DNA of 64,000 nt from Chrysomallon squamiferum. Taxonomy: Eukaryota; Animalia; Mollusca. The notes under the pieces were generated by a model that searched no databases, was not told where the DNA came from, and saw only the letters and a program-made list of their open reading frames with translations. The DNA is taken from the NCBI GenBank assembly GCA_012295275.1, contig CM022670.1:39618001-39682000 (forward strand). Direction: 5' to 3'. Shown in pieces: positions 40,619-55,767 of this stretch. Both the position numbers and the translations under genes were made by a program. Within the stretch, counting starts at the first letter, position 1. Each line of letters opens with the position of its first letter.

Positions 40619-43600
40619 CATAAACATCTGGTCTTGTAACATTTTCCAAGAAGCTGTAATGAGGGAAGAAAAGAACTGTGGTGTTAAATCGTGTATTTAA
40701 CACATTTTGAATCTAATGTTACAGAGCTTCACAGATAATAATTATATTAAGAATCCCGCAATTCAAGGGAAAAAATAGTTCTCTGCTAATGATAAACAGC
40801 TAGCAAAACAAGGGCAATTAAACAAAAACAAAAAATCAAGCAATAACTTTAGAAATAAAACAAATTGACTAGTACCAATTTTAGTTCAAACTTATGTATG
40901 GCATTCTTCAATGCAAACATCACATTAAAATCCTGAAAGAGAATCTGGCCAATTCTACTCTCTCTTTCTAAAGCTCATAAAATCAGCATTAAAATCAGCT
41001 GATGTAATTTTCGTTTGAAATCTCAACAACCAAAACTGAGCAAATGAGATAAGAAACTTACTGATTAAATATTATATAAATTCCCAAAAAAATCTTAAAT
41101 AAAAAATAATCATTTCTTTTAATTCAGTAAATAAATTTAGACTTGGTTCATGCTAAATACAATGCGCTATAAAGTGGGGAATAAAAAATTATAAAAATAA
41201 ACAATCGGAATTTTTTTAATTTTTTGTTTCTGTGTTAGTAGTTGTTAGTAGACCTCGAGGAATCCAAAAAAAAAAATTAATACAGTTAAACATTTCAGCC
41301 CCCAAACTGGTCTCCCCATCCAAGTAGACCAACACACGCCCCATTATCACCATAGACTGGTACACCGCGTAAACGTCACAATTTAAAGGCTGCCCTGTCA
41401 GTTTCTAAATCTCAAACTGAAACTGTTTTATCTCCGATGGGCACTGGCTGGAACGGGAAATTGTTCAAAGGATGCGCTGAGGAGGATTGATTTTTAAGAC
41501 CCATTAATAAGTAATGAAGGAATCTGAGTAAGATTCGAAATGGATACTTGAAAACCAAATGTTTCCTATTTTCAGAGCAAAATTTTGAAAAGCTTGTTAC
41601 AATGTTACAGTGAATCCATTTCCATTTGAACGACAAACAAGATATTCACCTTATAAATAATGATCTGTTAGGCTTTTGTTTTTTGTTTTTTCTTCCTGTC
41701 TTTCTTATTTATTTATTTTCTTTTATTTTAATTTTTATTTATTTATCAGTAAAGGGATAATTTGATTGTTTGTGAGTATAAAATTCTATGATGCATTAGA
41801 CAATTAATTATAGAGAATCTCTGTATTTTTGAAAGATGAAAGAGATTTTTAAAAAATAATAATAAATAAATAAAATAAAATGATATTAACAGTCATCTTA
41901 TATATTTAACGGACGTAGGCGTCTAAAGAATATAATTCCATTAAATATGTAAACGCTGTGTATTTGAAAATCGAATCCCTCCATCGCTTCCAACCTTTCT
42001 ATCTAAACATTTTTCAATTTCTGACTTTATTTCTGTTTGTTCTTTCATACATCCACCACACCCCCGTTCATTGTTTGTTTCTCTGGGTTCAAATTTATCT
42101 ACCAATTCAATCAGATACAGCTTTCTAACTCTTTCATTATTTTGTTTTAACAAAAAGTACCCATTACTTCGTTGTTTTGTGTGTTTGTTGTGTATGATAA
42201 CAGTTATTGCCGTCTCTTGCAAATGTACTGAAATTGATCTGTATTCTCCGATAAGGTTTGGATATTACCAGCTCCACGTATAATAACGATTGCATGCTAT
42301 TTATACACACACTGTTATATTAATAGAATACCGCAGACATTTCTCTGTAAGACGATAATTAATCGTTAATTCGTTATATTCACATTGCCATTACGAAATA
42401 CGTGTCATTACGTCATAACGTCCAGGTCACTTTGCGCTAGGGGAAGGTGAACGTAGCTTGTTTCAATTAGTTCCTGGGTTTTTAATGAGCGGAAGGATAC
42501 GTGAGAATAGTTCTACGTGATGAAGAGATTTTTTTTTTTTTTTTTTTTTTATTTGATTTTTTTTTTTTTTTTTTTTTGAAATGACAGATCAATGGCAGGG
42601 CACGCATAAAGCAATATTAAATGTAGTAATTATATGACGTTAGAAGAGAATTCGACAAATTCAGGATTTCGAGGAAAAGCACGTTGTGTTTACCGGCCGG
42701 ACGTTTTGAAAGCTTTGCTTGCATATTATTAATCTGATCGAGAACTTTTCTCTTTTTTTCACTACGCCCATCATTAAAACAGTTTCAGGCCTGGTCTGGC
42801 CTGCAGAGGCACGTCCTCAGCTTTCTAATCAAAATGGCGATGACGGTTTAGAATGGAAGATGGTATTGGATTTCTCTGCGTTGGTCATGATGATCTCCGT
42901 TTCAATCAATTTAATTTCCCAGCTGGAGAACAATGGAATAGTAAGACTCCGTTACAGCTTAGACAAATAAAAATCAGCGTAGAAAGAGAAAGGACGAACC
43001 AGTTAAATGAATTAACGAAGAATAAGAGAATGAAAGAATGATAAGAAAATGAAAGAATATCAGAATGAAAGGATGAGAGAATAAAATAATGGAATTAAAA
43101 AAAATGAGAATGAAATGAGAAAATGGAAGAATGAAATAATAAATGAACGAATGAAGGTTAAACGACATCCAGTACTATCATTAGAAGTCAAATATACGTT
43201 TTTCTTAAATCTTTTCTTTTTGATGATATGAGAGGGGAAACCACCTCCGCCATTATATGTACCTACCAGTCTCCCATTTTCCCAAAACTATCACTTTAAT
43301 ACATCTCTTAATTAAGCAAATCTTGAAGTAAAATATAGAAGTAACCCCAGCCATTCTTGATCTGTGTTGAAATTAATTTCCTGATTAACTTATCCTATTT
43401 AGATAATTACTTCTGAATCGTGGTAAATGGGGAAATCGGAACAAAACAGAGACAGAAAACAGAATTTTATGTAAGGATTATTATTATTATGTAACATATA
43501 ATTACTTTGTTGGCCAACATGTTTCTGTCTGTTCTTTCAGTTAATACAAAACACTGAATTAGATAACAGCCGTGAAACTCAAATCTTTAAAGCGAAGATT

Positions 43601-44341
43601 GTGATTACATTTCGGTTTCTGTCTTAATCTAAGTGAATGATGCTAGGATCGAGACATAGTAACTTTTACTAGCTTAGAGATAAAAGCATCAATAACGCAT
43701 GGTCTTTCCTTGATGCTCTATCTACCCATGTTTCTGATGGTTGCACGACAAATTCGAGTCGTATTGATATTTTGCTATAACAGCCATGCTACACCTTCCC
43801 CTGATCATTCCCGGTGAAACAGCACAGACATTCCACGAACAGCCACATATCCACTCATTGCATCTTCATTTGCACATTTGTCTCATTAGTTCGGTTTTTA
43901 CTGGTAAAAATCTTATCTAAATATACGGCGATTAGTGTCTCGTTATTTCAACAAAACGTACAGAAATTTATCGAGTTAAGAAGGACTGGCGCTAGAACTG
44001 ACGCAGCTAACGACTCATTTGGGCAATGTCGCCGTCCTCGTGGTTTTTTGTGTCACGGATTCACTTCAAGATATATGTTTTGTAAAGTCGTTTAACGATT
44101 CCCATCTTGATACAACAGGCTTTAGTTCGGAGTTGAATTTCGCATTGTAATGATTAGGTTCGTTATAAAAGCAGCTATTAGCTGTTACAAGAAGATCCCA
44201 GAAAAACAGCTGCTGTCGATGTTATTTCAATTTATGTAATGCTTGAAACCGTAATTCTGAGTGATATTGATCATTTGGTTTTTATCGCAATCTCATATAC
44301 AACATTTAGGTATGTATGACTATGTACGTTAATTTCTGTGA

Positions 44342-44394
<53 letters not shown>

Positions 44395-44399
44395 TGTGT

Positions 44400-44596
44400 A
44401 TAGATAGATAGATAGACAGATAGGTAGATAGATAGATAGATTAGATAGATTAGATAGACAGACAGATAGGTAGATAGATAGATAGACTAGATAGATTAGA
44501 TAGACAGACAGATAGGTAGATAGATAGATAGATTAGATAGACAGACAGATAGATTAAATAGATAGATAGACTGATAGATTAGTTAGATAGATAGAT
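44400..44596. repeat. (GATA)n/(GACA)n microsatellite
   Basis: Tandem TAGA/CAGA units. Confidence 0.95.
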
Positions 44597-44644
44597 TACG
44601 ATAACAAAACTGATCAGTATCATACAAACAAACACATAGATGCA

Positions 44645-44773
44645 GTCTTGAACAGAAAGGGACATTACTAAATACTAACGCATTACAAAGAGACTATGCT
44701 GTAGAAAAAAAAGTTTAGTTCAGGAACAAATAAAGCAGCCTTGAATAGAAAAGTACATTACTAGATATTATCT

Positions 44774-44808
<35 letters not shown>

Positions 44809-44980
44809 CTTAAAAACAAAACTTTAAATTCAGAAACAAATTCATACAGAAATGTAGTGACACATAAGCATAGAAAAGTACATTACTAAATAGTATCTCA
44901 TTTAAAAAAAGAAACTATACTGAAGATAAAACCTTAAATTCAGAAACAAAAGCGTACACACATTAGCTGACACATAACAC
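44645..44980. repeat. Diverged triplication of a 100-125-bp unit
   Basis: AGAAAAGTACATTACTA.ATA and AATTCAGAAACAAA motifs recur three times. Confidence 0.65.
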
Positions 44981-45229
44981 ACGCAGCCATATAACTTATT
45001 GATCATCAGACTTTGGTTTACCGCTTGCATAACGTACCAAAAAAGATCAGTTACGATACTTCTAATTTAAAATACATTAACGAAAGTCTGACTCTTTTTC
45101 TCCAAGACTTCTCTCTCTTGTGCGGTAATTAGAGCAACACGTAGAGAATGTTATTAATATTTTCTATTTCACGAAAAACTCAACCGTGGGCTGGGAGAGC
45201 CAGAAGGGAGTGGCTTTATTCCGAGAGCA

Positions 45230-45489
45230 CTGACGCATAAACGTCTGTTTGTTGTTCTCTGAGAGTCTCTTTGGCTCACTGCTGATTGCTGATAAAGATC
45301 TGTTGAAAGAGCCATCGTTTCTGATTGCTCTTGGCTCTCGTGTATTATTTAACTACAAGTCTTCACGTAGCAGTTCTCTGATTTAACTGTAGTTATTTTG
45401 TTAAGAGTCGCTTTCTGACGTGCTACTTCCTCATCTGTTTTAAGTTACAACAGGTATAACATCCCGGTAACCGTTCTACGAGGCCTTGT

Positions 45490-45522
<33 letters not shown>

Positions 45523-45634
45523 TGACGGTTTTATTAGGCCGTTCAGATGAAAAACATCTGCAATTCTCGTGACTGTTTTATTATTTGGGCTAATTCTTAT
45601 TCTGAAAAAAATCAGGAAGGTTCGAAGAAAATCG
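45230..45634 (+). promoter_or_regulatory. Alternative candidate promoter and non-coding exon of gene B
   Basis: CRE-like TGACGCA overlapping TATA-like CATAAA at about 45231-45241, followed by non-repetitive sequence ending in donor TCG|GTAAGT at 45635. Confidence 0.3.
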
Positions 45635-47000
45635 GTAAGTTTTTTAAAACTTTATTTTTAAAATTGCAGCAAACGTAACATAGCGTTGATATAAAAAAAA
45701 AATATGATGTTCAATAGCATTTGAAATTATCCAGCAAAACAGTACAAACTGATTAATATTTTAAACGTCTTTGTATAGAAGATGGACATGTGAACTAATT
45801 CAATCGACCAGCTAATGAGTTTGTCAGTCTGTCAGTCTTGTTGGTCGTTCAGTCTCTCTTTCAGATCTAATCCGTATTAATTTCATTTACCGAAACTTCA
45901 AAAGCTCGAACTAACAACTTTTGTGGCTCTTCATTCATAACAACAAGCACCTCTCTTTTCTTTTCGTAGCAATGGAACCTATCAAATATGCGTGTGCAAA
46001 TCAGACGAGAATATTTTATTTTATTTCTATTAAGCATGCCACTTCACTCAAACTGTACGGCGCCCGGAATGATCGAGGCTCGCGAAAGAGGAAATGAATT
46101 GTTTTTTGAATTACGCAGCGACTGGAAACGAGCTGTAAATGGATCATTGATAAATATTGATAGCCAGAAGCATCCCAAGTGATATATACGTTCCACATCG
46201 GGACAGCAGCTGATTGAAATCGTGTTTTAATTTTAATTGTATTTTAAAGGCGTTTGGCTGAAATCTAGCTGAGACATGATGATATAACTTAACACGTCTT
46301 TAATTTTTGTTGTCTGTATTTTATTTTTTCTGAACATTTGTATTAACAAGTGAATAGAAGTATTGGGTTTTTGTTTTTGATTTTGTTTTTTGTTACTTCC
46401 CTTGTATATTATTTCTGCATTTCACAGCATTCACTTTCGCATTTTTAATTCGGTAACATACATTCTCGTGAAGAAACTCAATTTCTGTTTTGTGAAAGTT
46501 TTAAAAGAGAATAAATAAGAAAAGCAACCTTACAGTCTTCTGCAAACCTTTTCGAAGATCTCTGTAGGGGAAAAAAATCGTCATCTTTATTGTTTATCAT
46601 TAACTAATGGCTGTAACAGCGTATGGCTTCAATCACCCGCAATTAAGAAAACAGAAAGACAGGAAACCTGTAAATAGTTCATTCGTAAGTACAATACCAG
46701 ACTAGACTGTCTCAGACATCAGCTTTATATACCAATCCTCGGAGAGCAACGTAGGGATCAAATTATCTAAGTTGGTGACTATTTTTATTTTCTTTATAAC
46801 AAAAACTTATATCCACACTGATTACTCCCCCTCCTCTCAAATCTTGATCGGCCCCTGAGACATGACACTTAACACTGTGGCAGAGTGCAATTAACACTGA
46901 CGAGACTGTGCTGACGCCAGTGACCTCGTCTTCATAATGCATAACTAATGAACACACGGAAAAGTACATGACTCGTACTAAGTAACCACAAACACTGGAT

Positions 47001-47075
47001 TGTTCGTCTGCTTGTAGCTGTTCTACGTCTGCTTGTAGCTGTTCTACGTCTGCTTGTAGCTGTTCTACGTCTGCT
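47001..47075. repeat. 21-bp tandem repeat, about 3.5 copies
   Basis: TGTTCTACGTCTGCTTGTAGC repeated. Confidence 0.9.
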
Positions 47076-47128
47076 CTTATCTTCCAGATGCTACCGGCTG
47101 CCTGCACGTGTCCAAATATAACCTGAGT

Positions 47129-47158
47129 AATAATAACAATAACAATAACAATATTAAA

Positions 47159-47217
<59 letters not shown>

Positions 47218-47495
47218 CAACAACAACAACAATAATAATAATTACAATAGCAATAGCAATAATAATAATAACAATAACAACAACAGTAATAATTATAATA
47301 CTAATGATAATAACAATAACAATAACAATGATAACAACAACAACAACAATAATAATAATAATAATAACATCAATAATAATAACAATAATAACAGTATGAC
47401 ATAAACAATAATATTAATAACAACTACAATAATACTAATATCAACAACAACAACAACAACAACAATAATAATAATAATAATAATAAAATAATAAT
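47129..47495. repeat. (AAT/AAC)n microsatellite
   Basis: Long trinucleotide array, the source of the spurious poly-Asn ORF. Confidence 0.96.
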
Positions 47496-47626
47496 TTGTT
47501 ATTTGTGTATTATGTTAGGTTCACCTATGAGGTTATCTGTTTGATACACTTGTTTAGCTAGTTGCTTTGTTTTGTTAATATCCTTTTAATTTTTGCATAT
47601 CAGATATATTGCTTTATGCCAGTTGA

Positions 47627-47746
<120 letters not shown>

Positions 47747-48187
47747 AATTTACTCGTTTAATTCAAAACATACTGTACATATTTTCTACTCTTCAAGAAA
47801 TCGTGTATCTGTACACGAGAGAGGAAACCCGCTGTCGTTACTCCACGGGTAATTTTTTATCGATTAGTATTAACCGATCTTTTTAATACACCCCCCCCAC
47901 TGGTTGGTCACGGGAAAAAAACGTGTGAAGTGCGTCATTGAGAACTGAGTGGACACATTTTAAAGTTAATCCTGTGGTTTGTTTTACTCCTCTGTCATTT
48001 GTTATTAGTCGTTATTTTTATTTTTATATTTATTTTTATATTTTTAGTCTTTATTTTTATTCTTATAGTTATTAATTTATTATTATGTTGTTGTTGTTGT
48101 GATTGTTATTATTATTATTATTATTGTTATTATTATTATTATTATTATTATTAATTGTTGTTATCATAATTATTATTGTTGTTGTTG

Positions 48188-48241
<54 letters not shown>

Positions 48242-48609
48242 TTTGTCGTAGTATTAGTATTATACTGTTCTTCTGTTTTCTACTTCAGTACTTCTGAAAA
48301 TCGTTTCCTTGTTTGATTTTTAAAAACAAACAAAATACAACTGTTTTTCACATCGCTGCTGAATCTGAGGTTTTACTTTAACACTAAACCTTTTTTTCTT
48401 AACCAGCATCTTTAAAACTGAATTATAAAAAAAAAAAAAAAAAAAAAATGTTACCTTTACTGCACTGAAAACTTCAAACGAGTTTTTCTTAATTCTTTGT
48501 TGTTTTTCTTTTTTCTTTTTTTCTTTTTTTAATTCTATCGACCATTAAAATTAACTTGCATCTGTTTTGCTTCATGTATTTTACATCAAGACCGAAATTT
48601 AATCATCTA

Positions 48610-48741
<132 letters not shown>

Positions 48742-48857
48742 TGCATTATACGCTTTTAATTCGCTACATAATCCATATTCCCAAAAATAATTTGTTGTTT
48801 TATTATTATTATTATTATTACTATTATTATTATTGTTGTTGAGTTGTTGTTGTTTGT

Positions 48858-48888
<31 letters not shown>

Positions 48889-51800
48889 TTTGTTTTTTAA
48901 TAATAAAGTGATACAGTTAAATTCGCTCACTGTGGAGATGTGGGTTAATTACAACAATGTGAGGTTATTAAAGCTGCTTCCACTCAGCTTTGACGGGCTG
49001 TGACGTAGTTGATGATGTATTCACCCACATCTCGGTGTTACCTCTGTGTAACATGTGCAAAACACACATCTCTAACACACTGATAAATTATTCTGTTTCA
49101 TTAAGCATCTGATAGCTTTCCCTCACCTGCGACGGCTGAAATCAGGTAGGTACCTTTGCGAGGCGCGTGCAGAACGTGTTGAAGTGTGATTTTTACTACT
49201 TGTTAAAACTGTTCTGTGATTTTTTGATATTATTTATTTATTTACTAAGTAAGATTTACTAGTTTTTAATTCCGTTTTTATCTTTTATAAATATTTTCAT
49301 AAATAATATACATACACGACATTTACATCGGATGGATTTTAAAAATCAGAACTGTTTACGATATTAACCTCGTTGTTACCAACAGTCACAATTTGATATT
49401 AAACCTCAATTTTTTTTTTGGATTCATCAAATTTCCATTTTCTTCATGCTTTATCTGCAGGCTTCTAAGCGTTTCCTTGATCGATATAAATCGTTTTAAA
49501 TCCTTTATAACATGACGTACGGAATCTGATAACTATTCTGAATCATAAAAAAAAAAAAAAAAAAAATATGGCATATCGTTGTCGCTAGCGTTTTATAAGA
49601 TACAATGTCATTGTTCTAAAACACTGCAGTGTTTCAGTCTTGGAACAAACAAGTCAGTTCCTAACGAATATGTCAAAGTCATCACATATGAAAAAACGAT
49701 AAGGTTTGCTAAATGATTTTATACTCGGATGTAGGCGTAAAGGAAATTTTGGCTTGCTTCTGTGGGGAGAATCAGCTATTAAAATGTGCCTCCCGTGGGC
49801 AAAACATCTAGTTTTGTCAGACTTCATTAGGAGAAATTATTCTATTTCTTCCATCCTTAATATTAGTACAATACGTGAAAACTAAATATAGTTTATACTT
49901 GTTTTACTTCCATCATTACTAACATTACAAAAATATATCAGTGCGTTTATAGTTTCTCCATATTTTGTTTCGGACCGTTTAATTAATGCTACACATTTGT
50001 TAGCAGCTTTATAATCAGTCGTTGTTGTGTTTTCCCACAGTTTCATTAATATTACGAATTTATTAGTTCGTATGAAATCGTTATATTGAAAAGCAGCTAT
50101 CTCTGAAGACAGAGAGGAGCCAGAGATTCAGTATCTGTGGTGTGACGTATCACTGAGTATTGTGGGTGTTGTGGGCGGCAGATGCGAGGCGGATCTGATG
50201 ATCTGTGCACGTGGAGAGTAAACACTGTCGGGACGGTCACCTTACATTATTGATACACGCTCTTTTCAACAGCGTTAAAGCGTCATTTGAACTGATCGCT
50301 ATTAAAATCTATACTGGTAGCAAGGTTAGCAACTTTACACTGAAGCAGTTTATTTATTGTGGTTGTTTTTGTTGCTGCTGTTTGATGTTGAAGTCGGTGT
50401 GTATTTTCTGCGGTTTTCGTCTGATTTAGTTCTGTCTGTTGTTTTTGTTTGTTTGTTTCTATTTCAGTATGTTTGGATGTCTGACTCTCTGCATGTCTGT
50501 TCTGAGAGATAAAAAATCAAGTTACTAGGGATGTAGCAATTCTCTGTCATCTCTCTTTCTCTCTCTCTAACTCATTCTGTCTCTTTCTGTCTGCTTACTG
50601 TAATACTACTCTGTCTTCTGTCATATTGTATAAATGTATTCAGGGCATTTTCGCGTCTGTTAATAGTTCGCGTACATAATGTAAACTTCGTAACTGTTTA
50701 CAAGGACGTTATTTGATTGTGTTCACGCCAGTTTATATGATGTCGTTTATCAATCAATCATTCATTGAATAAAACTAACACTAATTCAACGATCTTTGCT
50801 TAGAACACACTGAATATTTTACTCTGTATCAGCGAAAACCAAACAAAGCTTGAACTCACCGTGAACCTGTTAATTTGCGGAGTGTGATTTGAATAAACTA
50901 CAAGGCAGTTTTAATAAAGCATTTGATCTTAACATGCTCCATATAATGTAATGATTTTCACCCCCACTCTTGCTAATGTATATTTAACAACTCCCACTGG
51001 GATTCCAGCATGGAAGAAGCACACAGAAATGGTTTAAAGGAACACCTCGCTGGGGACCAGAACTCTCGAAGGATTCCCAGAATCCGCTCACTTTTAAATT
51101 CCTCCAATCAGTCGAACATTGGGAATTTTTTTTTTTTGTTTTTAAACAGTAAACCTATTACTGACATGCTCCATGAAAGTGAAAGGTGGGCTGCAAGCCA
51201 AAACGTTATGAATATCACTTATGTAGTCAGATCTTTGGAGACTGTGTGTGTTTCGCATCGCTAGAGGTTCCAGCTGTCACAGTCGCATTTTAAGGTAACG
51301 AAATCGTCGATTCTGATTTGTACGTCAAGCTGAAGATCGAGGGATTTTTGTCAGGTTTTTTCAGGGACGTGTTTTCGCGTGTCATTCCGACCGAAGACAA
51401 GAAAGTTTGGTGCTTGTAATGGTTTAATGTAATAAGGCTTGAAAGACAAACTTGCACACAGAGGTTGTGCATTTTATAGGACAAACATTTTTCTCTTCAC
51501 GTTGTATGTGAAATGACACAAGAGAAGATTTGGTAGTATGAGCTAAAGGAATAGTTTTTTGTTTTGTTTGTTTCTTGTTGTTTTTTGTTAACAACTTTTC
51601 TTATTTTATTTTAATATTACAATAGTGAAGAATAATGTTTTCAACGTTACTATGTCTATACAGTTGGTTACCAGAGAACATTACAGTACATGAATCTTTT
51701 TTGGATTACTTCTAAGCACACTTGTGAACTCTTCTGGAACACCGTAGATGTTTTGAATGTGTAGAAGTCCACACTAAAAGACCAAAGACAACAAAACTCA

Positions 51801-51944
51801 CTGTGTGTTATAACTGCTTCTCCCCACATGGCAGGAGTTTATTAGAACTTTACATCTTCAGCTTTTGTTAACAATTAGTTCTTCTTGTTTTCACACATTT
51901 CTTTTTTTTTTTGGCAACGGTTGACCACACTGAGCTGCAGAATG

Positions 51945-52679
51945 TCGTGACATCACGCGGGAAAAAAAAACAACAAGCAGACGGTTCCCGTGTCCGTATA
52001 AAACATCTGTCTTCTGCTCGGCTTAATTCAGACATTTGTTTTAGATCTGGAGTTGTAGAGGATCAGACGTAACACACGTTACACACTGTAACAGATTTCC
52101 ACACATATACTGGATTTACAACATAACCGAATATATTCTGTTTTGTGATAGGAACAACGTAACAGACACGTATAGGTTTACGATAAGACACACCATTGCA
52201 TACAGGAGTTTATCCCTCTTTATAAACTGGAGTTATAATTATAACCCGTCTTAATACTGGAGTTTACAACCCACTTTACAATCTTGGGTTACAACTAACT
52301 AATAATTATATACCGGCGTTAAAAAAATCACCTTAGTTATTCGGTTTACAATACAGTCTATCACTTGTTCTATATTGGAATCTGAACAAATCCGAAATAC
52401 TGGAGTCTACCCACCTTACGTCCGTACTACCGTTACAAAATAAGCACGTAAACGCCTACTGGACTTACAACATATATAACTTGTAAACACTGACTTAACG
52501 ACATAACCTTAAACACGCCTGCTCGTTGGCTTTCATTACTTCGGAGTTCGCCGTGAATGAATCTATTCGGAGAAAACCGCCGTGGTTCGTCGAACTGGTA
52601 TTTATGAATGGGGAAAAGCTTTTCCTTTCACAGCTCAACTGAATTCACCTGCTTCTAATTTTTGGACTTAGATATACAG
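51945..52679 (+). promoter_or_regulatory. Candidate proximal promoter and non-coding exon of gene B
   Basis: TGACATCA (ATF/AP-1-type) at 51948, TATAAAA at 51997, Inr-like TCAGAC at about 52028, donor CAG|GTAAGA at 52680. Confidence 0.35.
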
Positions 52680-53166
52680 GTAAGATATAAAATATATAAT
52701 TTTTTTTTTTTTTTTTTTTTTTACTAAAATGTTAGATTAAATAGTAAATGTTTATTACAGAATGTGTAGATGCCTCATTTTTTACGACAAAAATTACATC
52801 ATGATACTGACGGCGGAAACAAAGAGTTTCTGAAAATGCAATTTGGTTAGCGTTTTTGCCATAGTCCAGGCTTGTTGATAAAAGCAAATGTATTGTGACA
52901 CGTCAGTCAATATATTAATTTAATATGCCAATAGATAAACTTAAAGGAAATTGCTTTAGCGATGTTACTGCAGTACACAATGGATATGGTTATTTCTGGA
53001 CAACATGTGTTAATTTACTCGTTATAAGGGAAAGTCATCAACATGTTTTTACGTTTAATTAATATTCAACGAACTAGGATTAATATGAACTGTTTTCTGA
53101 ATATTGAAAAAAGGAAGAAAAAAAGTAAATATTATTTAATAAAATAAAAGGTATTACGAAGGTAGA

Positions 53167-53275
<109 letters not shown>

Positions 53276-53682
53276 CGATAAGATGGTAAGTGAAAACGAA
53301 AGATAGAGAAACAGAGAGAGAATGTGAATTGATGAAAGTAAAAACGTCAGAATGGAAAGACAACGGGATGAACAACGACAGAAAGAAAGAAAGGCAAGAT
53401 GTGGAAGAAAAATACAGAAAAAGAGAGAAAGAGCGACACAGAAAAGAAAAGAAAGATAGACGGAAAAACGGAAAGAGCGAGATAGAAAAAATGGAGAGAA
53501 TATGTTATCTTTAACCCTACATACAAACTAACATATGTTTGAAAGAAAGCAAATAAAACTTGATCAGTTAAGACTGTTTATGTCTACTCATGTTATTTCA
53601 GAACAACGAGCCTTAGTGTTGTTTTCTTTTATGTATAAGATGTTTAAAATAGATGTTAATAATGACATGTTTTCATGCTAGC

Positions 53683-53741
53683 AAATCTACGTTACGTAAA
53701 GAAATCTACGTTACGTAAAGAAATCTACGTTACATAAGAAA
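53683..53741. repeat. 19-bp tandem repeat x3 containing TTAC[G/A]TAA cores
   Basis: AAATCTACGTTACGTAAAG x2 plus AAATCTACGTTACATAAG. Confidence 0.9.
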
Positions 53742-54126
53742 ATTACCTAAGAGATAAATAGAGCTGAACTGATGTTTAATGTGAAAAAAGAATCGTTCTG
53801 CTCAGAACAGTTCGTCTTCTGTTTGATTCATCTGTGTAATTAGATTTCAGTCGTGTTTCTGTGTTATTTTTTTTTTTTTTTTTTGGTTGTTGTTTGTTTG
53901 CATGCTCGCTGCTAATGCTAATGCTTTAATTAACAAATTTCAAAGAGAAACAAGGATATGGCTGAGAGAAAGACGGACAGATATATAGACAGACAGTGAT
54001 ACAGAGAAAGAGAGAGAGAGAAAAAGAGAGAGAGAAAGAGAGAGAGAAAGAGAGAGGGGAGAAAAAGAAAGAAAGAGAAAGTATTTGTTGTCATACTTCT
54101 AACATATATGCGACAGAGAGAGAGAT

Positions 54127-54232
<106 letters not shown>

Positions 54233-54941
54233 AATTTGCTTTTCATTATGCACAATTGAATTTTTTATCTTTATTATATTTACAACATTTATAAGTTCGA
54301 TTCCCCTCTGACGAATGACGGATGAACTGCTGGAAACATTACGTGCGATCTTTTCGGAACGCTGTGATATGCCTAAGTTGAATGTTTATGATTCACGAGA
54401 TATCAATGTATTCATCTGATACCGAGGAAGCTCTTGATACCGGCTGCCAAACAGTTTTGTGTTCACCACTCTCGGAATATGAATAAGAGCAGAAAAATGT
54501 AGATTTATATCGAAAAGTTATTTATCGTCAAAGAAGTTTTCTATCAAGCACATGCAAAATGTATGTATCGGGAAAAATATTGTTTTCTCTAAGGCTTGTA
54601 ATCGTTCAAATAGAAACTGAACAAACAAAAAAAATAATAATGATTCATGAATTAAATTGTTAATTTTAGAATAGTTACCGAGGTATTTTGATAAAGGTTT
54701 TATAAAAAGGATGTAATTTGTTGTGTAATCATTTTAAAAATGCACTGAGACAGATTATTATTAATAAATTGATAAATTGATTTGATGAAAATAAATCATC
54801 TGCAGCAGTCATTTAGTTTTTAGCTGTGGATGTGTTGTATTATTTCGAATTATGAACAAAACAGTAATTTATGACTCATTATGTGTAGATCATTCAAACA
54901 TTAATTGTTCATTAACAAACGTTCGTGTTTTTTTTTAGAAA

Positions 54942-55003
<62 letters not shown>

Positions 55004-55767
55004 TTGTGCTGTATGAATTAGATAAATAATTAGTATTTTACAATTGTTTAAGTATTTTAATTTTGATATACAAATGAATGATTACATATCAAACTATTTT
55101 TGAAATGAATGACTACTTGTTTATCGACAACTTGGTATAATATTATTTCAACAGTAAAGTTGTTCAAGTAGTGTGCATGATTCTGATCTACTGTTACAAC
55201 ATAAACCTTTAAAAAAAAAAATAATAATAACAATAAAACAAAAAACCCTATAAAAAAATCAGTCGTGGAACTCTTGTCGGAACAGGAAATAGGACAAAAT
55301 ACGTGCTGGGAAATATCGATAACAAACCTGACAATTATATTTATTAGTTGTCCTGTCCGAATAGAATCTACAAATTGAGAAAAAAAAAAAAAAAAAAAAA
55401 AAGAGAGAGAAAAAAAGTGGCTTTGCAAATTGAAATGAAGGTTTGGACATTTAGACGCTGTTAATACATTTAGTGTCTTTTAATACTGACAGAAACACGT
55501 GATACTGTTTTACAAAATTAACTCTGTTAATGGCGTCCATGCAAAATGGCAGCTTCCTATTATCAGCTTTGTGTAAAGCACATGACAACACGTCCTCTGG
55601 AAAAACACGAGTAATGAATGAGAGGTGGAAACGAGCGCTATTAGTTAATAACACGGGGGAATCAACTTAATGTCCCTTATACATCACCTGGCGACAGCTT
55701 CACTTCCACTAGAAATGGTAACGCCGTTTTTATTTCGTTTGTTTCGGAGATAAATCAGACACATATA

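Noticed and set aside
46763-47107. 114-aa ORF with ADVEQLQ heptad repeats (coiled-coil-like)
   Set aside because: Produced by a 21-bp DNA tandem repeat with identical codons, non-ATG start, no exon support.
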